NCBI GenBank assembly: GCA_949744505.1 | Contig: CATJXY010000018.1 | Coordinates: 1,165-65,164 of the forward strand | Reading direction: 5' to 3' | Source of the DNA: an uncultured Erysipelotrichaceae bacterium | GTDB taxonomy: Bacteria; Bacillota_I; Bacilli_A; Erysipelotrichales; Erysipelotrichaceae | DNA length: 64,000 nt | In this document: positions 57,075 through 64,000 of the stretch, piece by piece | Layout of the letters: every line of letters starts with the position of its first letter | Position numbering within the stretch: position 1 is the first letter of the stretch | Notes under the pieces: generated by a model | Seen by the model: only the letters and a program-made list of their open reading frames with translations | What the model was told of the DNA's origin: nothing | Database searches by the model: none | Translations under genes and position numbers: made by a program

Positions 57075-58139
57075 ATGAATAGAATTGAACAGCTGCAAAT
57101 GCGGATGAGGAAAGAGAAGATTGATATCTGCCTAATTAGTGATTCAAAAGCAATCGATTATTTTATTAATCAACGTTTTCATTCAGGAGAGAGGCTGATT
57201 GCCTTAATTGTGGAAAAAAATTGTAAACCGTGCTTATATTTGAATAAGTTGATTCCATGTAATTTGAATGAATATTTCGATTTAGTTCGTATTAGTGATA
57301 CGGATAATGCCATTTGTATGCTTGCGGAAAAATGTAATGGTAAACATGTTGCAATTGATAAAATGTGGCCATCTCATTTTTTACTTGAGTTAATGCAAGA
57401 AACAAGCCATACATCATTTACTACGGCTACACTTGTAGATAGCTTACGATCAATCAAGTCAGAAGAAGAAAAAGAAAAAATGCGCATTGCCTCTTCGAAT
57501 AATGATAAAGTCATGGCAAAAGTTCGAGAATTAATTCAACTTGGAAAAAGTGAAAAGCAACTTGAAAGTGAAATTCGGCTTTTATTTAAAGAGATTGCTG
57601 ATAGTGATCCGAGTTTCGAAACGATTGTTGCTTATCAAGAAAATTGTGCTGATCCTCATGCTGTTCCATCTGATAAAATATTAGAGGAGGGAATGAGTGT
57701 GATTGTTGATATGGGGTGTGTTTATGAGGGATATTGTTCGGATATGACACGTACCTTTTTTGTCAATAAAAATCCAATTCAGGAAATTTATGATACTGTA
57801 CTACAGGCTAATTTAGCCGGAATTGCTGCTATAAAACCAGGGGCAAAGTTTTCTGATGTGGATCGTGCTGCACGAAAAGTGATTGAAGATGCAGGATATG
57901 GAGAATATTTCATTCATCGTTTAGGACATGGTATTGGTTTAGAGGTACATGAACCATTTGATGTCAGTGCTGTTAACAATACACTGATAGAAGAAGGAAT
58001 GTGTTTTTCAATTGAACCGGGAATTTACATTGAGGGAAAATATGGAGTCAGAATTGAAGATTTAGTGTTGGTTACTAAAGACGGTTGTGAAGTTTTGAAT
58101 CATGATAGTAAAACTGATGAGGTATTGATAAGAAAATAG
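57075..58139 (+). CDS. M24 family Xaa-Pro dipeptidase/aminopeptidase
   Basis: Metal-ligand pattern DMG...D...HRLGHGIGLEVHE...EPG. Confidence 0.85.
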   Translation: MNRIEQLQMRMRKEKIDICLISDSKAIDYFINQRFHSGERLIALIVEKNCKPCLYLNKLIPCNLNEYFDLVRISDTDNAICMLAEKCNGKHVAIDKMWPSHFLLELMQETSHTSFTTATLVDSLRSIKSEEEKEKMRIASSNNDKVMAKVRELIQLGKSEKQLESEIRLLFKEIADSDPSFETIVAYQENCADPHAVPSDKILEEGMSVIVDMGCVYEGYCSDMTRTFFVNKNPIQEIYDTVLQANLAGIAAIKPGAKFSDVDRAARKVIEDAGYGEYFIHRLGHGIGLEVHEPFDVSAVNNTLIEEGMCFSIEPGIYIEGKYGVRIEDLVLVTKDGCEVLNHDSKTDEVLIRK

Positions 58140-58253
58140 AGATATAATCAAAGTTTTTATTGAATTCATTAAAGCAAACAAATTCAACTATGAGGCAAAA
58201 GAGAAATAAGATGGAAAAAAATGAAATAATTTTCATTTTTTCACATTAAATTC

Positions 58254-58281
58254 TTGTAATTTCATTTGATTTTGTTATAAT
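58254..58281 (+). promoter_or_regulatory. candidate promoter of rpsU
   Basis: TTGTAA, a 16-bp spacer, and an extended -10 TGtTATAAT. Confidence 0.5.
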
Positions 58282-58312
58282 ATATGTGCTTGCATCAGAA
58301 GGGAGGTTTAGT

Positions 58313-58492
58313 ATGCCAAGAGTTGTAGTAAAAGAGAATGAAGTTTTAGATGATGCATTGCGTCGTTTTAAACGTCAGGTTTCTCGCAACGGTACCCTTG
58401 CTGAGGCTCGCAAAAGAGAGTTTTATGTAAAACCAGGCGTCCGTCGTAAACTTAAATCGGAAGCTGCTAGAAAAGCACGCCGTTCAAAATAA
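58313..58492 (+). CDS. rpsU: 30S ribosomal protein S21
   Basis: [27 protein letters not shown]. The ATG follows GGGAGG. Confidence 0.93.
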   Translation: MPRVVVKENEVLDDALRRFKRQVSRNGTLAEARKREFYVKPGVRRKLKSEAARKARRSK

Positions 58493-58515
58493 GAAGAATT
58501 CTTCTTATTTTTTTT
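58488..58515 (+). terminator. intrinsic terminator after rpsU
   Basis: Palindrome AAGAAGAATTCTTCTT followed by a T-run. Confidence 0.75.
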
Positions 58516-58517
58516 TG

Positions 58518-58552
58518 TGAAAAAGGTACAGATTTTATTTTCTGTACCTTTT
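58518..58552 (-). terminator. intrinsic terminator after asnA
   Basis: Stem AAAGGTACAG/CTGTACCTTT, with a T-run on the minus strand. Confidence 0.75.
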
Positions 58553-58566
58553 AATTTAGAAATAGT

Positions 58567-59580
58567 TTACAATAAATGGATGTTTGCTGCTTTTAAAACT
58601 TCTATCATTTCGTTGCTCCATGATGAAGCTTGCACTTCACCTATGTGAGCCTTTTGGAGCAATAGCATACAAAGGCGACTTTGTCCGATTCCACCACCCA
58701 TGGTAAGTGGTAGTTCTCCATTTAAAAGACTGGAGTGAAACGGTAAATTTTTTCGATTTAGACATCCGGACTTTTCAAGCTGTTCCTGAAGTGAGTTTTC
58801 ATCAACACGTATGCCCATAGAGGAAATTTCTACAGCTTGATCTAAAATAGGATTATACACTAAAATATCTCCATTTAATTTCCAATCATCATAATCAGGA
58901 GCACGTCCATCATGCTTTTTACCACTCTTCAATAGATCTCCTATTTGAGAAATGAAAATTGTATGATGAAGTTTACAGTATTCATTTTCACGTTGTTTTG
59001 AACTTAAATTAGGATAAAGATCTTCTAATTCTTGAGAAGTAATAAAGGTAACATTCTCATCAATCATGGATTTGAACTGCGGATATTGGGAAATGAGAAC
59101 ATCTTCGGTTTCCTTTAATGCTTTGATAATTTTTTTTACAGTATCTTGAAGTATGTGTATATTGCGCTCTTTACGAGTAATAATTTTTTCCCAGTCCCAT
59201 TGATCTACATAAACAGAATGAAGATGGTCGAGATCTTCATCACGTCTAATAGCATTCATATCAGTATAAAGGCCGTATCCTTCTTTAAAATCATAATCTT
59301 TTAATGCTTGACGTTTCCATTTAGCTAAAGAATGAACGATTTCATATGATTGATTTAATTCTTTGATATCAAACTGAATAGGACGTTCAACACCGTTAAG
59401 ATTATCATTCAAGCCACTTTCACTTGCGACGAAAAGTGGGGCAGAAACACGTGTTAAATTTAGATTTTCGGCTAGTTTTCTTTCGAATGTGTCTTTGATA
59501 AGTTTAATAGCTTTTTGAGTTTCTAATGTTGAAAGTTTTGATTGATAATCTTTTGGAATAATTAGGTTTGAACTGATCAT
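58567..59580 (-). CDS. asnA: aspartate--ammonia ligase (asparagine synthetase A)
   Basis: 337 aa with a class II aaRS-like AsnA pattern (TQKAIKLIKDTFE..., GGGIGQSRLCMLLL). Confidence 0.9.
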   Translation of the reverse strand: MISSNLIIPKDYQSKLSTLETQKAIKLIKDTFERKLAENLNLTRVSAPLFVASESGLNDNLNGVERPIQFDIKELNQSYEIVHSLAKWKRQALKDYDFKEGYGLYTDMNAIRRDEDLDHLHSVYVDQWDWEKIITRKERNIHILQDTVKKIIKALKETEDVLISQYPQFKSMIDENVTFITSQELEDLYPNLSSKQRENEYCKLHHTIFISQIGDLLKSGKKHDGRAPDYDDWKLNGDILVYNPILDQAVEISSMGIRVDENSLQEQLEKSGCLNRKNLPFHSSLLNGELPLTMGGGIGQSRLCMLLLQKAHIGEVQASSWSNEMIEVLKAANIHLL

Positions 59581-59890
59581 TTGGTTTCCTCCTGCGAAAT
59601 GATATTCATTTCATAACATTCATCATTTTATAGCAAGATATAAGAAAAAACAATTAAATATTGATTAATTTTTCAGAATGTGTGAAAAATAGATAGAGAA
59701 AATGAAATAGTTTTCATAGATTATTTGATATGAAATATAAATTAAGTTTTCTCAATAAAAAAATTGTTATGTAAAAAAAGTAATATAAATATTTATGAAA
59801 ATTTATTTGAATTTATAAGTAATTATTGACATTAATTAATTCATACTATAATCTAATATTGAATACTAGATAATATGCTTGGAGGCACTT

Positions 59891-60733
59891 ATGAAAATAA
59901 TATCAGAAACTTCTTCATTATTCACAGTCGAAGAGGGAAAAGAAAAGGGGATCGAAATTATCCCATTATGTGTAACAATCAATGGAAAAACTTATCGTGA
60001 GATGAGTGAAATCCAATCAGATGAATTTATAAAGATGATTGAGCAAGGAAATTTTCCTTCTTCTTCCCAACCACCAATAGGGGAAATCGAGGAATTATAT
60101 AATTCTTGCAAAGAGGAAGGCTGTATTCATATTTGTATGGCAGACGGACTCTCAGGAACTTATCAAAGTTGCGTTAGTGCAAAATCAATGGTAGAAGAGA
60201 ATGAAAATATAACAGTACTCAATTCAAAGACATTATGTGGACCTCATCGGGCAATTGTAGAATTGGCTGCTAAATTGAATAATGAAAAGAAATCCAAAGA
60301 AGAAATATTAAACAAAATACAAGAGATGATTGATAGCTCTATTTCTTTTTTGATTCCAAGTGATTTTGATTATTTGAAAAGAGGTGGAAGAATTTCCGCT
60401 ATTGCCGCAAAAATGGGAGGTTTGCTTCATTTGATTCCGGTTATTATTTTATCAGATGATGGTCGTACATTAGAAAAATTTGCAGTTAAAAGAACTTTTA
60501 TGCAGGCAATTAATCAAATTACAAATCATATTTCGAAGGTATATGATCGCTTTGATAATTTAGAGATATCTATTTCTCATGCCGGTACATTAGAATTAGC
60601 TAAAAATGCCGCTAATAAAATAAAAGAGGTTTTACCGGAAGTACATATAAAGTTTTATGAGCTTACACCTTCTTTTATTACTCAAGGCGGACCAGGTTGT
60701 ATTGCGATTCAAACGGTTAAATTATTGGATTAA
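59891..60733 (+). CDS. DegV family fatty-acid-binding protein
   Basis: About 280 aa with a DegV pattern (SSQPPIG, LSGTYQS, RGGRIS). Confidence 0.8.
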   Translation: MKIISETSSLFTVEEGKEKGIEIIPLCVTINGKTYREMSEIQSDEFIKMIEQGNFPSSSQPPIGEIEELYNSCKEEGCIHICMADGLSGTYQSCVSAKSMVEENENITVLNSKTLCGPHRAIVELAAKLNNEKKSKEEILNKIQEMIDSSISFLIPSDFDYLKRGGRISAIAAKMGGLLHLIPVIILSDDGRTLEKFAVKRTFMQAINQITNHISKVYDRFDNLEISISHAGTLELAKNAANKIKEVLPEVHIKFYELTPSFITQGGPGCIAIQTVKLLD

Positions 60734-60760
60734 GGAACTTCATTGTGAAGTTCTTTTTTA
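60734..60760 (+). terminator. intrinsic terminator after degV
   Basis: Stem GAACTTCA/TGAAGTTC followed by TTTTTT. Confidence 0.75.
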
Positions 60761-60823
60761 TGGAATGCATATACTTTTTTTGAAATTAGGGTTAAAATAT
60801 AATATAAAGAGGAGATTAAGCAA

Positions 60824-61867
60824 ATGAAAAAAGAGTTTTTATATGAAATGTTACAAACCGGAAGTGTTTCCGGAAATGAAGTTCCACTTCAAAAAAAATG
60901 TATAGAATTTATGAAAGATGTGGCTGATAGAGTTATGACAGATGAAACCGGGGATGTTACTCATGTAATTAATCCTAGTTCACCAATTAAAATTATGTTT
61001 TCAGGACATATTGATGAAATCGGGTTAATGGTAACTCATATTTTAGAAAATGGAATGTTGAAAGTGGCTTCTGTTGGTGGTATTCGAACCTCGATGTATT
61101 TGGGTCATAAAGTACGTATCTATACAAAAAAAGGTATTCTTTATGGTGCTGTTTTATGCAATTCTTCGTTAATTAAGAATAAAGAGTTAAGTGCTTCAGA
61201 TTTAACTATCGATATTGGTGCATCTAGTAAAGAAGAGGCAATGAATGTCGTAGAATTAGGAGATACAATGACTATTGATGAAGATGTAAGGGAGCTACTT
61301 AATGATTGCATTACTGCAAGAGCTATGGATAACCGTATCGGTGCATTCATTGTTTTAGAAGCATTACGTAGAGCTAAAGAAAAAGGATGCCAAATTGGTT
61401 TATATAGCACGACTAGCTGCGGAGAAGAAACCAGTATGCGAGGTGCTTATTGGGCAAGCAGTCGTATTGAACCGACTTGTGCAATTGCGGTTGATGTAAC
61501 TTTTGCAACAGACTATGCTGGCACAGATCCAGCGGAAACAGGGGATGTTAAAATTGGAAGAGGACCGGTGTTATGTAATAGTACTATCGTTAATAAAAAA
61601 ATGAATGAGATTTTAAAAGAGGCAGCTTCTTCATTAAATATGAATGTACAAATTGAGGCAGCTGTTGGAAGAACCGGAACTGATGCTGATAAAATACATT
61701 TCTCAAATAAGGGTGTACCTACAGCACTTGTTTCTATTCCTCTTCGCTATATGCATTGTCACGATGAAGTAGGATCATTGCGTGACATTAATGATTGTAT
61801 TGAACTTCTAGCAGAATTTGCAATGCGTATGAATGAGAATGTTTCTTTGAATCCATATGAGGATTAA
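60824..61867 (+). CDS. M42 family glutamyl aminopeptidase-like metallopeptidase
   Basis: GHIDEIG, the ARAMDNRIG pattern, and a GEET acidic pair. Confidence 0.8.
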   Translation: MKKEFLYEMLQTGSVSGNEVPLQKKCIEFMKDVADRVMTDETGDVTHVINPSSPIKIMFSGHIDEIGLMVTHILENGMLKVASVGGIRTSMYLGHKVRIYTKKGILYGAVLCNSSLIKNKELSASDLTIDIGASSKEEAMNVVELGDTMTIDEDVRELLNDCITARAMDNRIGAFIVLEALRRAKEKGCQIGLYSTTSCGEETSMRGAYWASSRIEPTCAIAVDVTFATDYAGTDPAETGDVKIGRGPVLCNSTIVNKKMNEILKEAASSLNMNVQIEAAVGRTGTDADKIHFSNKGVPTALVSIPLRYMHCHDEVGSLRDINDCIELLAEFAMRMNENVSLNPYED

Positions 61868-61870
61868 AAG

Positions 61871-62833
61871 ATGAAGAAAATTAAAGTGTTAAATATTGCT
61901 AATGTTGATGATTATTTTAAAGACAAAGTTGATGAATCTGTTTACGAAGTAAAGTATAAAAAAAGAAATGAAGTAACAAAGGAAGACTTGGAGAATATTG
62001 AAATTCTAATTGGAAATCCTCCTTTGGAATTACTTAAAGAATGCAAAAATCTTCGTTTTTTACAACTTAGTCGTGCCGGTTCTGATGATATGAAAGAAGA
62101 AATACTTCCTAAAGGATGTATTGTTGCCAATGCTTCAGGTACTTATGGTATTGGAATTTCCGAATATATGATTGGTACAACACTTATGATGATGCGTAAT
62201 TTGCATCACTATATCCGTCATCAAGAGAAGCATTTATGGAAAAGAGTGCAACCTATAAATAGTTTATATGGTGCTACTGTGCTTGTTGTAGGAGCGGGAG
62301 ATATTGGTTTAGAATATGCAAAAAGATGTAAAGCTATGGGGGCAACGGTCATTGGAATTAAACGTCACTTGGATTATATCCCAGAGTGCTTGGATGAATG
62401 TTATGATCTAAAGTCTCTAGATCAGTTATTATTACGAGCTGATGTTGTTGCTTTATCGCTTCCAAATAGTGCTGATACAACTGGAATTATGTCAAGAAAG
62501 CAATTTGAGCAAATGAAAGAAACAGCGTTTTTGATTAATGTGGGAAGAGGGACAGCAATTAATACAGAAGATCTGTGTGATGCTGTTATAAACAAAGAGA
62601 TTGCCGGTGCTTGTTTAGATGTTTTCGAGGTAGAACCACTTCCTGAAAATCATCGTATTTGGGATATTGAAAACATTGTAGTGACACCTCATTGTTCCGG
62701 GAATTTGAATTTAGATATTACTAATAAAAAATTTGTTGAAATTGCGATTGAGAACTTAGAAAATTATCGTAATGGAAGAACAATCAAAAATGAAGTTGAC
62801 TTTAAAACAGGATATAGAAAATATACAAGATAG
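61871..62833 (+). CDS. D-isomer-specific 2-hydroxyacid dehydrogenase, NAD-binding
   Basis: Rossmann motif VVGAGDIGLEY, RG, and the catalytic pattern E...PH (VTPHCSG). Confidence 0.8.
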   Translation: MKKIKVLNIANVDDYFKDKVDESVYEVKYKKRNEVTKEDLENIEILIGNPPLELLKECKNLRFLQLSRAGSDDMKEEILPKGCIVANASGTYGIGISEYMIGTTLMMMRNLHHYIRHQEKHLWKRVQPINSLYGATVLVVGAGDIGLEYAKRCKAMGATVIGIKRHLDYIPECLDECYDLKSLDQLLLRADVVALSLPNSADTTGIMSRKQFEQMKETAFLINVGRGTAINTEDLCDAVINKEIAGACLDVFEVEPLPENHRIWDIENIVVTPHCSGNLNLDITNKKFVEIAIENLENYRNGRTIKNEVDFKTGYRKYTR

Positions 62834-62891
62834 AGAATGTTAGACATTCTCTATTCTTTTGTTGAAAATAAAAAATCAAGAATTATTTTTC

Positions 62892-62920
62892 TTGACTGAA
62901 TCTTTGAAAATGGATAAACT
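62892..62920 (+). promoter_or_regulatory. candidate promoter of the RND transporter gene
   Basis: TTGACT, a 17-bp spacer, and TAAACT. Confidence 0.4.
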
Positions 62921-62929
62921 TACACATGT

Positions 62930-62945
62930 GACCGACTAGTCGGTC
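62930..62945. promoter_or_regulatory. perfect 16-bp palindrome, candidate repressor operator
   Basis: GACCGACTAGTCGGTC lies between the putative -10 and the RBS (AGGAGA) of the RND gene. Confidence 0.55.
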
Positions 62946-62964
62946 GGAGAAGGAGAATATAAAT

Positions 62965-64000
62965 ATGTCGAGATTTAGTGTAAAAAAACCATTTACTGTG
63001 GTTGTCGGGGTTATCATGGTAATTTTATTGGGTGTTATTTCTTTTACAAATTCTACAACAGATTTGCTTCCTGAGATGGAACTCCCATATATTATCATTT
63101 ATACAACAGATATCGGAGCAAGTGCTCAAAAAGTTGAATCTAATGTTACTAGTGTGTTAGAAAGTGCATTGGGAACAACGGAGAATCTTGTTAATATTTC
63201 ATCTGTATCGAGTGATAATCTTTCTCTGATTATTCTTGAATACAGTGAAGATACCAATATGGATTCAACCATGGTTGAGATTAGTTCTTCCATTGAACAA
63301 ATAAAAGGATCTTTAGATGAAAAAGCAAGTACACCGATTATGATGAAAATGAATCCGAATATGCTTCCTATTATGATGGCTTCGGTAGATTATGAAGGTA
63401 AAGATTTAGGAAATTTAAGTGATTTTGTCAATGATGAACTTACAATGCAATTGGAAAAAATTTCCGGAGTTGCAGAGGTAAGCGCTTCGGGCTTGCTAAA
63501 AGAAACGATTCAGATTACGATTGATCCGAGTAAAGTTGATGATTTTAATTATCGTTTAATAGCTTCAGTAAATCGTACGATAGCGGATCAAGAAAGAGAA
63601 ATCAGAAAAGGATTGGATGAAGTGAATGATGCGTTAGATAAAATCAACAGTGGGCAATCAGCACTTGATTCAACAAAATCCGAGACAATTTCATCACTTG
63701 TTGGAACCTCGGTTCAGCTACAGCAAGTCGCTTCAACTATGATTTCTTCACAGAATCAGTTGACACAATATAATGCTGAGAAAATGGCTTTTCAAATGGT
63801 TCTTACTACAATAAAAAATGAAATGGGATTAGACGAAAATACTCCAAACGATCAATTAATCGATCTTATCAAAGAAAAGTCAGAACCATTAAAGAAAATC
63901 GTTTCTTTTTATAATGAAATCGAGCAAGATCATGATAAATTAAATGCTCAGACAATTAAAGAAATTTTCGGTATAGATGTGCCAGATGGGCTTCCATATG
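62965..64000 (+). CDS. RND (AcrB/SwrC-like) efflux permease, N-terminal part; runs off the window end
   Basis: Not in the ORF track because there is no stop. ATG at 62965 follows AGGAGA. MSRFSVKKPFTVVVGVIMVILLGVISF...LPEMELPYIIIYT...GASAQKVESNVTSVLE is an AcrB-type N-terminus. The frame stays open to 64000. Confidence 0.8.
   Translation, partial: MSRFSVKKPFTVVVGVIMVILLGVISFTNSTTDLLPEMELPYIIIYTTDIGASAQKVESNVTSVLESALGTTENLVNISSVSSDNLSLIILEYSEDTNMDSTMVEISSSIEQIKGSLDEKASTPIMMKMNPNMLPIMMASVDYEGKDLGNLSDFVNDELTMQLEKISGVAEVSASGLLKETIQITIDPSKVDDFNYRLIASVNRTIADQEREIRKGLDEVNDALDKINSGQSALDSTKSETISSLVGTSVQLQQVASTMISSQNQLTQYNAEKMAFQMVLTTIKNEMGLDENTPNDQLIDLIKEKSEPLKKIVSFYNEIEQDHDKLNAQTIKEIFGIDVPDGLPY

Noticed and set aside
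59826-59852. A TTGACA ... TATAAT pair upstream of degV, considered as a promoter.
   Set aside because: The spacer is only 15 bp, so I did not list it as a feature. The 300-bp AT-rich asnA/degV intergenic region showed no T-box or other recognisable leader.
62883-63098. A 71-aa minus-strand ORF overlapping the RND gene start.
   Set aside because: It is antisense to a clear AcrB-type N-terminus and spans the promoter/operator region. It has no RBS.
1-64000. A search by eye for CRISPR arrays, IS elements or transposases, integrases, prophage genes, toxin-antitoxin pairs, restriction or defence genes, and tRNA, rRNA, tmRNA or RNase P genes.
   Set aside because: None were recognised. Intergenic regions are short and are explained by promoters, terminators, one T-box and one L20-type leader. 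The only repeated DNA is the diverged FMN-module paralogy inside rnfD and rnfG. Covariance-model and repeat-finder scans would be needed for certainty.

Overview
The window is an AT-rich chromosomal segment from a low-GC, spore-forming Firmicute; gene content and synteny look Clostridia- or Erysipelotrichia-like. It is almost entirely core housekeeping sequence. I saw no rRNA, tRNA, CRISPR array, IS element, prophage or obvious island. Recognisable blocks in order: aroA'-tyrA-aroQ; an ApbE plus rnfCDGEA(B) electron-transport locus; rqcH, gmk and pnp; a MerR/MFS pair; the rimP-nusA-ylxR-ylxQ-infB-rbfA operon; nadK; an orphan GerA-type germination subunit; dut; T-box-controlled tyrS; a ComK-like gene and an Asn-synthetase-like gene; galK; tldD/pmbA; trmB; murC-ytxG-ytxH-ccpA (Bacillus-like synteny); yebC; spoIIGA-sigE; the L20-leader infC-rpmI-rplT operon; rdgB, trmL; spoIVFA-spoIVFB; rbsK; an ECF S-component; lgt; rpsU; asnA; degV; peptidases; and the start of an RND transporter. 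The most unusual content is the Rnf locus (3517-10634). RnfD carries a C-terminal extra TM helix plus an FMN-binding module. RnfG carries two further tandem FMN-binding modules. RnfB is cut down to a 91-aa anchor plus single-cluster domain with no ferredoxin-like domains. An unassigned 62-aa membrane protein with a Cys4 tail is translationally coupled between rnfA and rnfB. Together with the divergent ApbE lipoprotein, this looks like an Rnf variant rewired toward an extended extracytoplasmic flavin chain; that reading is an inference, not a demonstrated function. Smaller points: a probable ATT start for spoIIGA, ATT-initiated infC, an AsnB homolog lacking its Cys nucleophile, a ligand-less ZnuA-like lipoprotein after spoIVFB, a candidate attenuator before the ECF S-component, and a perfect 16-bp palindrome before the RND gene. 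All calls come from reading the sequence and ORF track; no database search was run.
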